Assembly (NCBI GenBank): GCA_002104905.1
Contig: MCFE01000088.1
Span: forward strand, 1-64,000
DNA from: Basidiobolus meristosporus CBS 931.73
Taxonomy: Eukaryota; Fungi; Basidiobolomycota
Reading direction: 5' to 3'
DNA length: 64,000 bases
The notes beneath the pieces are model-generated. The model saw only the letters and a program-made list of their open reading frames with translations. It ran no database searches and was not told the origin of the DNA. A program made the position numbers and the translations under genes. Shown here one piece after another: positions 25,931 to 36,944 of this stretch. The number at the start of each line of letters is the position of its first letter. Position 1 is the first letter of the stretch.

Positions 25931-26439
25931 AGTTCCGTTTAAGTGTACATTTTTCACGCATACCCACTCCCCATTACATACCTGTATATTAGATTTACCT
26001 TTGTAGATTCAATGCTAATCCTTGATTCAACCACTATCACCACCCGTACCCATACTGAAGGAGCTTCCCCCATAGTGCCCAGCATCAATAACACCCTAAA
26101 CCCCACCTAGACAAACAAATATAGTTCTAGATAAAGATTAAAAAGCCACCAAACCTCCGTTGACTGCTGTGTGGGTGGATAATTCACCCGAAGCTTTCTT
26201 CGGACTTTAGATATTTCCTAGAATGTAGCGGCAACCATGGATTTATCCGAATAGATCCTTTCCACCGCTACGAAAATAGCCGAAGCCCATTCCAGAATAC
26301 AATCCTCTTTAGTGCTGATAGGCGATGGGAGGGGAGTATGCATGAAAAAAACCATCTCTGCGGCCTCTGTCAATGAACAAAACTGATCGGTCGCCAGTGG
26401 CAAGAGCCCCTCTTCTGCCTCTTCAGTAGATCCTTGAAA

Positions 26440-26825
26440 ATGGTTAGTTTCCAGCTGAATTAGATTATGGTGGTGGTAGCGGCAGAGACGACCCATCCAA
26501 ACGTGATAGTTGTTCATCCATCGATGTTAAACGCTTCCTTTATCTGTAGGCCAAACGCACCAAAAAAGTCGGAGTCGTTGGTAAATACGGTACCCGTTAC
26601 GGTGCCTCTCTTCGTAAACAAGTGAAGAAGATGGAAATCACCCAACACGCCAAGTACACCTGCACATTCTGTGGCAAAGATGCCGTCAAGCGTCAGTCCG
26701 TTGGTATCTGGGAATGCCGTGGCTGCCGCAAGGTTATGGCCGGCGGTGCCTGGACCGTTTCCACTACTGCTGCTGCCACTGTCAGAAGCACCGTCCGTCG
26801 TCTTCGTGAATTGATGGAATCTTAA
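26440..26825 (+). CDS. RPL43: 60S ribosomal protein eL43 (L37a); exons 26440-26442 and 26550-26825
   Basis: ATG|GTTAGT intron ...TAG|[23 protein letters not shown]...CTFCGK...CRGC; 92 aa. Confidence 0.95.
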
Positions 26826-27478
26826 GTAAATCGAAGATAAATAAATGCTTACAATAGAAGAGAATCGAGCATTGATGTGCCAATCTGCACCATCTATGCA
26901 TGAGTCAGTGTCTTGCAGACTAAGCCAGATTGCATCTCGGATATATGGCGAGTGGACACGATCATTAGGATTTCCTTTTGTGCGCATAATCGCCAGCCCT
27001 GTGAATGAACAATGTACTGGGATGGATCTCAGTGTTTGGGCAAATTGCCTAAAGAGGCAGGATACAGTAGAACACAAAATAAAGGTGAGTGATTAAACGG
27101 ACGAAACAGGACGAAACAGGCTACAACAACAAGGCCAGAACTTAATTTAAATCTTGTTCCACATTGGTGTTGTTTACTGTCATGTACATCTATGTGCTGG
27201 CTGGGGGATTTCTATTGGCATGCTCATATCTGTACTAATCCATAAAGAGCCATCTCGTACAAATATAAATAGATTGGGAGAGCGATTTATACAGATTGGT
27301 ATGGGTGTGCATACAATTTGGGCTTGGGTGGACGGGGTTACATATTTGAGGGACCTTGTTCATGTATGGGTGGTCGCTGGTAATTCGGTGTCTCCAAGGA
27401 GTACAAATTAAATTAGGTTTTTGTTCCCAGATATAAGCATCCCAAGCCTCACGGTTCGCCGCATTCTTTCCCATCCTA

Positions 27479-28275
27479 ATGAATCCAAAGCTCAAGCTCT
27501 TCCTGTCTGCGCTGTACGTGCTGTTTTCCGTGCCAATAGCCATTGCTCAGGACCCCATAAACGATGGTAACCTTGCTCCATGACTTTTCACTTGCTGCAG
27601 TTAGTAAGCCTCGCCTGTTCTCTAGATCAGCAACTAAACAGCACGCAGAAAATCATCGCCGGCGTGCTACTCATAGCCATAGGCTTTGCGTTTTGCTTCT
27701 TCGGTCGTCGACTGGTGAAGGTGACCATCTTCCTGGGCGGGTTTGTTTTCTTCACCGGACTTGCCTTGGTGGTTTGCGCCAATATCAGTCCAATCGAAAC
27801 CAACAACGCCACAAAGTCCTGGATATACCTGGCGGTCAGCATCGTAGCAGGTCTTGTTGGCGGGTACCTGTTGATCTGCTTGTTCCAAGTAGGACTGGCC
27901 ATTGTTGGCGGGTTGGGCGGGTTTGCTCTCTCCATGATTATCCTATCCCTTAAAGACAACATGATCATCGCTTCCAACACTGGACGCATCATCTTTGTGG
28001 TGGTCTTTGTGGTCATTGGTGCGGTATCTATATTATTCATGGAGAAGCACATCCTAATTTGGGCCTCTTCCATCTCTGGCTCGTATACTATGGTGGTTGG
28101 AGTGGACGTCTTTGTAAAGACCGGACTGTACTACTCCCTTAACCTTTTCTTCAGAGGCCAACACGGTGTATTCTACCATACTGATGCCAAAGTATACGCG
28201 ATGCTAGCCTCGGTGATTCTTATCTCTGGCATCGGTGCGTTGTTCCAATATCGCACCACCCGTGACAAGAGTTAG
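27479..28275 (+). CDS. DUF4203 / TM7S3-TMEM198-like membrane protein with signal peptide; intron 27567-27625
   Basis: Exon 1 MNPKLKLFLSALYVLFSVPIAIAQD splices in phase to IAGVLLIAIGFAFCFFGRRL...SISGSYTMVVGVDVF. Confidence 0.8.
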
Positions 28276-28665
28276 ATCCGTTCATACTCTACCGGAGTGG
28301 CTTGGCCAATAAAAGTATCGATGTGTTGTATTGTGCGGAGGTCACCGTGAACAGCGAGTTCTGTTAATGGTGAAGGGATGCCGCTCTATCATGTAAATAT
28401 ACCAGCATCCATATCAAAATAAATGTCTATCGTCGTACACAATACTGATATTTCGTGGTGTCCTTGAATGAGCTTCCTATTGTGAATGTCCAGAGTCAGG
28501 TATAGTCGTTAAATTCCATTATATGGCTCGGGGACTCGGGGCAGGCAGGGTAGAAACTAGTTCCTAAATGGGATGTTAAGCATATTTGGATTTAAGTTGA
28601 ATAAATTTCTTTATTAGCTATGATGAATGTACACATGTAGAATATGCGGGAAAGTTTCTAGTGGT

Positions 28666-29868
28666 TTAGTTGTTTTCGGGACGGAGGCTGCGAACAGTCT
28701 TGCCAGCTCTCCACATCTCACTCTCGCGGATCTCCTCCAACTCCTTCTCCAACCCGGCACGGTAGTTCTCCTCAGAGTTCTTCTCCAGCGATCTGCGGGT
28801 CTCGCTGCCATCGGCAACGGATGTGTACAACTTCTCGAACACAGGCTTGGTGGCCTCGTAGAATGGCTTCCACCAGTCGAGGGCTCCTCTCTGGGCGGTG
28901 GTGGAGCAGTTGGAGTACATCCAGTCCATGCCCTTCTCCCCGATCAAGGGGTACAGGGACTGGGTGGCCTCTTCGACGGTCTCGTTGAAGGCCTCGGATG
29001 GGCTGTGTCCACGGGCTCTCAAGACCTCATACTGGGCCTGGAAGGCTCCTTGGATGGCGCCCATAAGGATACCACGCTCGCCGGTCAGGTCGGAGTACAC
29101 CTCCTTCTCGAAGGTGGTCTCGTACAGGTATCCGGATCCGATCCCGACCCCGAGAGCGATGGCTCTCTCCTTGGCGTTGCCACTGGCATCCTGGAACACG
29201 GCGAAGGAGGAGTTGATGCCACGTCCTTGCTGGAAGAGTCTGCGAACAGTGAATCCAGATCCCTTGGGGGCGGCAAGGATCACATCAATATCGGTGGGTG
29301 GGATGACTCCGGTGTCCTCCTTGTACACCACGGAGAACCCATGGGAGAAGTAGAGGGTCTTGCCCTTGGTGAGGTATGGCTTGACCGTGGACCAGAGCTG
29401 CTTCTGGGCGGCGTCGGAGAGAAGGTTCATGATGACAGTACCCTTGTCACAGGCTTCCTCAATGCTGAACAGGTTCTTACCAGGGACCCAGCCTTCCTCG
29501 ACAGCCTGGTCGTAGCTGCGTCCCTTACGCTGGCCGATGATGACGTTCAATCCGTTGTCACGCATGTTCAATGCTTGACCACGTCCTTGGGGTCCGTATC
29601 CGAGGACGGCCAAGGTGTCGTTGGCGAAGATCTTCTGGAGCTTCTCCTTGGGGTAGTCGGAGCGCTCGTAGACGGTTTCTTGGGTGCCGCCGAAGTCAAG
29701 GGTCTTGATGGAACGGGTCTGAACGAAGTTGGTGGCGGTGGCACGAGCAACGGTGGAGGGAACAGCTCTCATGGCAGCTACAGAGAGCTGACGAGCGGGG
29801 AGCTTGGCCATGCGAGCAAGGCCAGCAACTCTCAAAGCATTTTTGGAGGTGAAACGAAGGGTATTCAT
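28666..29868 (-). CDS. ILV5: Ketol-acid reductoisomerase, mitochondrial, copy A
   Basis: 400 aa; GYGPQGRGQ, LLSDAAQ, FSHGFS, SDLTGERG, FNETVEE, MYSNCSTTAQRGA; Arg-rich presequence. Confidence 0.95.
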   Translation of the reverse strand: MNTLRFTSKNALRVAGLARMAKLPARQLSVAAMRAVPSTVARATATNFVQTRSIKTLDFGGTQETVYERSDYPKEKLQKIFANDTLAVLGYGPQGRGQALNMRDNGLNVIIGQRKGRSYDQAVEEGWVPGKNLFSIEEACDKGTVIMNLLSDAAQKQLWSTVKPYLTKGKTLYFSHGFSVVYKEDTGVIPPTDIDVILAAPKGSGFTVRRLFQQGRGINSSFAVFQDASGNAKERAIALGVGIGSGYLYETTFEKEVYSDLTGERGILMGAIQGAFQAQYEVLRARGHSPSEAFNETVEEATQSLYPLIGEKGMDWMYSNCSTTAQRGALDWWKPFYEATKPVFEKLYTSVADGSETRRSLEKNSEENYRAGLEKELEEIRESEMWRAGKTVRSLRPENN

Positions 29869-30559
29869 TCTATTAAAACGAAGGATATATTCAATGGTGG
29901 GAGATGGCAATCACTTTATATAAATCAATAACGTAATCCATTCATAGTGAGTAATGCTGAGCTGTGGGCGATGGATGAAATTAATGTCATACACTACAAA
30001 CACCTTACTGGATGGTTAGAACCAAATTAGTCGAAGATTTTGATACGCTCTCGATACGCTCTCATTATCATATGAATGATCCATCCTATTCTTTCCACTT
30101 GATATTTTTCAGCCACAGTTGAATGCATAATTCTTCTACCAGGAAAGATTGGAGAGACAGTCATCACTGGAATTATCAATGATCTTGCGATAATCTAGCT
30201 AGTCGATCTTTCTTGATCACACGACTCACTTTATCTTCTTATCACCAAAAGTTTTCCTCCACTGCAATTGTAGTGTATGGTGGGCTCACAAAGCTGGGGA
30301 AGGGAAATGGTACAAACACTCTACGTGAAAGTGCGCTGGCAACAGAGGGGTTTTTACCCGATATCCCCAAATTTAGAAATGATTAGACAAAGGGAATCAC
30401 GAGGATGCGAGATCGTATTCAACCTTGTGCACCCATGCTTGCATGCACCAACTATTAGTCACAGTGATTAATAGGAGAGATGCTATAAAACCACTCGAGG
30501 TTAGAAACATCTGCCAGTACCAGCTCACTGTGATCCGATTATCACTTCAATAGACCATT

Positions 30560-31762
30560 ATGAACAGCTCACGCATCGCACTTAGAAACTCCTTGAGAGT
30601 CGCCGGCCTTGCTCGCATGGCCAGGCTCCCCGCTCGTCAGCTCTCTGTAGCTGCCATGAGAGCTGTTCCCTCCACCGTTGCTCGTGCCACCGCCACCAAC
30701 TTCGTTCAGACCCGTTCCATCAAGACCCTTGACTTCGGCGGCACCCAAGAAACCGTCTACGAGCGCTCCGACTACCCCAAGGAGAAGCTCCAGAAGATCT
30801 TCGCCAACGACACCTTGGCCGTCCTCGGATACGGACCCCAAGGACGTGGTCAAGCATTGAACATGCGTGACAACGGATTGAACGTCATCATCGGCCAGCG
30901 TAAGGGACGCAGCTACGACCAGGCTGTCGAGGAAGGCTGGGTCCCTGGTAAGAACCTGTTCAGCATTGAGGAAGCCTGTGACAAGGGTACTGTCATCATG
31001 AACCTTCTCTCCGACGCCGCCCAGAAGCAGCTCTGGTCCACGGTCAAGCCATACCTCACCAAGGGCAAGACCCTCTACTTCTCCCATGGGTTCTCCGTGG
31101 TGTACAAGGAGGACACCGGAGTCATCCCACCCACCGATATTGATGTGATCCTTGCCGCCCCCAAGGGATCTGGATTCACTGTTCGCAGACTCTTCCAGCA
31201 AGGACGTGGCATCAACTCCTCCTTCGCCGTGTTCCAGGATGCCAGTGGCAACGCCAAGGAGAGAGCCATCGCTCTCGGGGTCGGGATCGGATCCGGATAC
31301 CTGTACGAGACCACCTTCGAGAAGGAGGTGTACTCCGACCTGACCGGCGAGCGTGGTATCCTTATGGGCGCCATCCAAGGAGCCTTCCAGGCCCAGTATG
31401 AGGTCTTGAGAGCCCGTGGACACAGCCCATCCGAGGCCTTCAACGAGACCGTCGAAGAGGCCACCCAGTCCCTGTACCCCTTGATCGGGGAGAAGGGCAT
31501 GGACTGGATGTACTCCAACTGCTCCACCACCGCCCAGAGAGGAGCCCTCGACTGGTGGAAGCCATTCTACGAGGCCACCAAGCCTGTGTTCGAGAAGTTG
31601 TACACATCCGTTGCCGATGGCAGCGAGACCCGCAGATCCCTGGAGAAGAACTCGGAGGAGAACTACCGTGCCGGGTTGGAGAAGGAGTTGGAGGAGATCC
31701 GCGAGAGTGAGATGTGGAGAGCTGGCAAGACTGTTCGCAGCCTCCGTCCCGAGAACAACTAG
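30560..31762 (+). CDS. ILV5: Ketol-acid reductoisomerase, mitochondrial, copy B (divergent from copy A)
   Basis: 400 aa; identical to copy A apart from the N-terminal presequence. Confidence 0.95.
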   Translation: MNSSRIALRNSLRVAGLARMARLPARQLSVAAMRAVPSTVARATATNFVQTRSIKTLDFGGTQETVYERSDYPKEKLQKIFANDTLAVLGYGPQGRGQALNMRDNGLNVIIGQRKGRSYDQAVEEGWVPGKNLFSIEEACDKGTVIMNLLSDAAQKQLWSTVKPYLTKGKTLYFSHGFSVVYKEDTGVIPPTDIDVILAAPKGSGFTVRRLFQQGRGINSSFAVFQDASGNAKERAIALGVGIGSGYLYETTFEKEVYSDLTGERGILMGAIQGAFQAQYEVLRARGHSPSEAFNETVEEATQSLYPLIGEKGMDWMYSNCSTTAQRGALDWWKPFYEATKPVFEKLYTSVADGSETRRSLEKNSEENYRAGLEKELEEIRESEMWRAGKTVRSLRPENN

Positions 31763-31921
31763 ATAATTAAGCCATTCCATAATCTATTTCATATGTATAT
31801 TCGTCATTGATAGTGTTTAAAGAAATCATTAGCATCTGAAATAAATCCATCGATTTCATTTATTTAGGTCTAGTCACAGATTGGTCGGAATAAGGTTAAG
31901 GGCGTTGGATTTCATTTAGAG

Positions 31922-33071
31922 TTACCATTTCAGTAGCCTCTCTCCCTCCCATGTGATGATACCACCTTTGACCTCATGGTCCCATACGCCTGGTTGGTAA
32001 TCAAGGGAGTATTCCAAGTCTTCATTGGTCAGAGAGTCCCAGTATTTGTAGATCATCATTACTGAGAACAGCGTCGCTAATACGGTGAAGAATAGACCAT
32101 CAGTGTAATGGGAAACTAGCTCACATACTTCCGAACCAAAGTAATTGAACAGCACTTGCCCTCCGATGAACGACGCGGCCGACATAAAAATCACCCCTTG
32201 GAAGAAACACAGTAAATAAAAAGCTCGGTAAGATTTGACAGCAGCCGACTTACCCAAGGGCCAGCGGTCAACAAGAGTATTCAGGATAAGAACCACTTGA
32301 AGTATGAAATACAGAACCAATGCTGCACCATTCAGCACGTAGTATATCAACCATAGTAGCACGGGTTCCTGGGAGTTCAACCAAGGGGCCCAATCCTTAA
32401 ACGTCCCAATTGACAGGATAAAGACCACCAGGGTGATAAGCGCGGTGGAGATTCGAATTGACCATAGCGAGAATGCTGTCCCATCCTCGGCGAATTGGAA
32501 GCCCACGAACCCGTTCAACAGGAGGCACCATATGGAACCAGAGATCAATCCCAGCTGCACGCCTACAAACCACTATGAGAGGAGGTTAACAAAACGCGCG
32601 GTTGCGACCATTCAGGGAGCCAATGCTATACCGGATATGCCGGGGAAGGCAATGATATAAACCCACTGATCAGCAAGAACTCAACGAACACGGTGATGAG
32701 GTACACGTAAAAGAAGCAAAGCATTTCTTCTCTTCCTGCAGACATACGGTTAATGGTGGTCTGTGGGATGGAAGATCAGGCACTTACCAACTGCAGTGTA
32801 TTTGGTGCGTGTGCAATAAATGATGAACCCTGTGATGATTATGACCACAATGTAAACAGCCAATGTACCTAATTTAAGCTTGCTCTTAGCCTTGATTTCA
32901 GAAAATCATTTGCCTGGTAACATTACCTGGATTAAAGATCAGATATCCGCCCACATCCAGGTTTCGAGCCATGCAACTCGAGAGGATTCTGCTTTCCACA
33001 GGACCCACGAGGGGACACAAGGGTAAGGACATGGTCTGGCAGATATGGTTGAAGTGGCCAAGCTGAAGCAT
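31922..33071 (-). CDS. CHS7: Chitin synthase export chaperone, multi-exon
   Basis: N-terminus MLQLGHFNHICQTMSLPLCPLVG...CMARN; LLLNGFVGFQFAEDGT, LVDRWPLG, FSVMMIYKYWDS; exon boundaries only partly resolved. Confidence 0.85.
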
Positions 33072-33384
33072 GATGAATAGTGGAGTTGTTCAGCGCTGAC
33101 AATTGCTCTCACGGAGAGAAACGCATCTGAGCATTTGCTTATAAGTGACGGTCAGAAGGTTGGCGTCTTCAGTTGACTAATTAGTATGGCTGAGGTGTTG
33201 ATTAATCCTATCCGCGCAATACCCAAATGAATTTTGCTTTACGCCGCCCACCAAGGAAACAGCATTGGTCAATGGATAAATGACTGTGAATATTATGGAA
33301 CTTGGTAAAATGATGGATAAATGACTGGACATATCGTGGAATTTGGTTAAATGGTTGGGAATTGCACAGAGTTGCGGGGGACGT

Positions 33385-34242
33385 TTATTCTTGTGAGGAG
33401 CCGTCAGTAAAAATGAACTGTTTCAATTTGGTGTAGGCCTCATCCAGGTCATCGTTGACGATGATGATGTCGTGAGAGCCTGGCTGCTTGGCATAATCCA
33501 ACTCTCCACTTGCAGCGTCCAATCTGCTTCTTAGACTAGTCTCGGTCTCGGTTCCACGATCACGAAGCCTTTGCTCTAACGCCTCCAGAGAAGGAGGTGA
33601 GACAAACACAAACCTAGCGTTCAGGTTGGATTTTTTCACCGACTTCACCCCTTGCTATGATCCGGAAATTTAGAACAATATCGAGGGGCGAGGGAGAAGG
33701 CGGCCGAACGCTTACCATGTCGATATCGAGCACGCACAGCTTCCCGCTCTTTGAAACATTCCGAATGGCTTCCAAACTTGTCCCTACAACCCCGGTTTAG
33801 TTCGTACTCTCGAGAGTAGTCTTGCGAAACGCTCAGTACCGTACAAATTCCCGCTGAATTCCGCGTGCTCCACGAATCGCTCTTTCCGGATTTCTTCCTC
33901 CATTTGCCTCCTATCTACAAAATGGTAACTTACTCCAGGGATTTCACCTGGACGAGGCTTGCGCGTGGTGTCTAACCCCAAAAAAACGTTGAATTCATGC
34001 CCTCGTCAAACCACACACGTGAAGACCTACGTGACACGCTGAAGCCAAACTTCTCTGGGTACTCGGCGAAGAGTTTGGTGAGCAAGGTGCTCTTCCCACT
34101 GCCGGAAGGCCCCGAGACCACTATTGGCCCTACAAGTAACAAACGTCTCAGGGAAGGATCTCGGTAAGCGGGCTTTATCAGGGGGCTTACTTGTGGAGTA
34201 TCTTCTCACTGACGTGCGTAACAAGGAGCCGAATATGGACAT
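33385..34242 (-). CDS. GUK1: Guanylate kinase, multi-exon
   Basis: [16 protein letters not shown]; TTRKPRPGE; [11 protein letters not shown]; VLDID; [21 protein letters not shown]; IIVNDDL. Confidence 0.9.
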
Positions 34243-34490
34243 GGTGGAGAGGTTGGAAAGGGAATTGACCCAGAAAATTTCCAGTAAATGGTGGTTGGAT
34301 CGCAACAAATTTTCAGTCGAGTTGGATGAATATGCCAGACAGGCTGATCACTTTAATGATTATATATTGGGTTATATCTGAGGAACTGGATTCAATACTA
34401 GCAACAGGGGGGGGGTCATAAAGGGTGATTTCTGGCATATCCAGGCCATCATACAGGAGCTCGAGAATCTATATTTGATATGGCAGCTGC

Positions 34491-35052
34491 TTAGGACTCC
34501 ATGGCGGTCTCTTCTTCGTCGGAGGAGGAGTCGTCACCTTGCGCCTGCGCTTGGGCAGAAGCGGGAGTATTACGGCGGTTTGCCTTTGCCTCACGCAGTC
34601 TTTGTACGGTGCTGTGGTTGCTGTGAATGCACTCGTTGTACAAGTCGCACAGCTGCTTTCCGACCTACACCATATATCATTAGTACTCGACCAACGAAGC
34701 AGATACGTCTCGACCTACCTGATAGGCGCTATCATCCTCCAGGGTGGTGTTGAATTCGTCGCTCATGATCTGGAACAGAATCTCCTCAATATCCTCGGCA
34801 TACACGTTACGTCCATCTAGAAAGAGTAGGGTTGGTAAGCGAGGTGAGTACGTCGAGGTTGGGCCGAGTTGGCTTCGTTGAAAGGACTTTACTTTGACCA
34901 AAATAGTTGACGATGGTGTCGACCAACCATTCCTGCTTGGCAACTGAGTCGACACCTCCCCACTCCATCTCCACCGCAAGCTTCAGGGCCGTCCAGTTTT
35001 CGAAGATCAGGGTGACACCCTCGGTGAAAGCAACTTGGTTTGGATGAGGCAT
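34491..35052 (-). CDS. TSR2: Pre-rRNA processing / eS26 escortin Tsr2, 3 exons
   Basis: WTALKLAVEMEWGG; DIEEIL...DEFNTTLEDDSAYQ|VGKQLCDLY; acidic tail. Confidence 0.85.
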
Positions 35053-35639
35053 TTCTAGAAGTACGCTAAGGGCAAAGCCAGACCATGTGGCCAGGACACT
35101 GCTAAACTACGGGCAGGATTTTTTTTTAATTTCAAGGGAGCAGGTGTGATTGGACACGGGGGGAATTTCATTCATCCCATAACCCAATACACATTACATA
35201 AAGGTGGTGGGTCTTGCACCAGGACCCATCGGGTTCGGGTAGTGATTTGAGTCGAGGTCGGCCGCGTTGTCGAGCTTGACCGATTCCTGCCCCTTTAAAT
35301 CAATTTTTGGCCTCCCATTCATTGGGAGATTCTGAGGCGAAAAAGATTCGACGGGTGGTAAAGATTTGGCTTGGCACGGGTAAGGGTAAGGGTGTGGGTG
35401 CAGGTGCGGACACGGATGCATATGGGGCCGGGCCAGGCTGGGCGTGGATTTAGATGAAATACACGCTCGACACACGAATGATCTCACGAAACATTTCGAT
35501 TTCAGCGGATGCGATTGATGGACTAATCTCCACATTGATTTGGTAGAAGTGCTTATTTTTATCCTCATCGATGGATTAGGTGGTTTGGCCAAGGGGAGCC
35601 CTATTCCATTTTGGGTGTTCTGACACTTCCACAACCCCG

Positions 35640-35685
35640 TCTCGCTCCCACTGCCACTCTCACTCTCACTCTCACTCCCATTTCC
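35640..35685. repeat. (CTCTCA/CTCCCA)n hexamer microsatellite
   Basis: ctcgctcccactgccactctcactctcactctcactccca. Confidence 0.6.
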
Positions 35686-35788
35686 ACCTGCGCTCTCTTT
35701 GGTCTTCGTCAGCCCAACCGAGTGAGGTGTCACTTTCCTGGGCAAGCCACTGCGCGCAGGCCCAAGACTCCATCTGCAGCGGTTTCGT

Positions 35789-36595
35789 GTGGAAACAGAT
35801 GAGGTGGGTAATTCTTGTTCTAACCGAAATTGGAATGGACATCCGTATGCAGCTCACCTGAATCCATATCAGTCCAATGATAAGCCATCGCTGCAGTATA
35901 TAAGCCGGCAGCAGTCAAGGAATCCCCAAAACTCCGTGAACGACCATCAACTCTCTGCACATCCACATTGCAACCCACCACGCATTTCTAGTCTGCTCGA
36001 CCCACCCATGATTGACATCCAAACGAATCTCCCCTTTTCGGTTGGTAAGGAGAATCGAAATCTGTCGCGAAGACTCACCCGATTTCTCGAGAAGTTCAAA
36101 GGGGACCCGCTGGAAGATCACCAGCGGCTCATCCTCAACCCTGGATATAGCGAGTCGGATTCCGAGTTCGAGTCCGAAACAGGGTCCCCTCCACTCCCTT
36201 CCCCCCTCGACGAGCTGTACTTTGACGAGAACTTCCCCGAACCGGTCGGTGTGCTCTACCAGGACACCTTCGTCACTTTACACGAGGATCACATGGCCAT
36301 CCACGACTACTTCGTCCCCACCCCGCAGCCGAAGCAGATCCACTACCGAGAGATAGCCCGCGTGTACGACGCGCAGGAGATGAGGTTCTCCCACCACCAG
36401 AGCAAGGTGTGGGGCTCACCGTTGGCCGGTAACTGGTGGACCTTGGACAAACGCGCCGCCCGAAAGTACGACACGATGGTCTTGACTCTGCACAACTCGA
36501 AGCGTATCGGGGTCTCGATCAAAGACTCGGATCAGATTGACTACGTGAAGCGATTGGTTCAGGAGGCCAACGATTCCGTGGTGCTAATCGAATGA
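35789..36595 (+). CDS. Uncharacterised protein: low-complexity N-terminus plus a ~110-aa compact C-terminal domain
   Basis: 268-aa ORF; the 3' half has GC3-rich codon usage like neighbouring genes; start uncertain. Confidence 0.6.
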   Translation: METDEVGNSCSNRNWNGHPYAAHLNPYQSNDKPSLQYISRQQSRNPQNSVNDHQLSAHPHCNPPRISSLLDPPMIDIQTNLPFSVGKENRNLSRRLTRFLEKFKGDPLEDHQRLILNPGYSESDSEFESETGSPPLPSPLDELYFDENFPEPVGVLYQDTFVTLHEDHMAIHDYFVPTPQPKQIHYREIARVYDAQEMRFSHHQSKVWGSPLAGNWWTLDKRAARKYDTMVLTLHNSKRIGVSIKDSDQIDYVKRLVQEANDSVVLIE

Positions 36596-36644
36596 CCCCC
36601 CCCACCACCGCCACCTGCTTCAGTCTTCTCCAGCTGTACATAGC

Positions 36645-36735
36645 ATGCAAATCCGAATCCGAATCGCCATCAGAATTCAAATCCATATCCATATTCATAT
36701 CCAAATCCAAATCCAAATCCAAATCCCATATTCAT
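36645..36735. repeat. (ATCCAA/ATCCGA/ATCCAT)n hexamer repeat between convergent genes
   Basis: aaatccgaatccgaatc...atccatatccatattcatatccaaatccaaatccaaatccaaatcc. Confidence 0.65.
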
Positions 36736-36944
36736 GTCCACATCTATGTATATGACCCTTCCAAGTGACCTTCCAAAATCTAACCCGTTTCTGTCCATAT
36801 ATCCTGAATAAATCATCCATCACGTGAGCTGGGTTTCAATGGGTTTATCTGACTCCTGGTTGGAGGAAAACGGTGGGTGATCTATGGAACATGTACAGAG
36901 GAATCGAATCTATGAAACATTGAGGTCGTTCTAATATAAACATA

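Noticed and set aside
26443-26549. Possible intronic snoRNA in RPL43
   Set aside because: No convincing C/D or H/ACA boxes or terminal stem seen
28627-31780. Long antisense ORFs (434 aa and 403 aa) opposite both ILV5 copies
   Set aside because: Shadow ORFs expected from strong C-ending codon bias; no recognisable protein features
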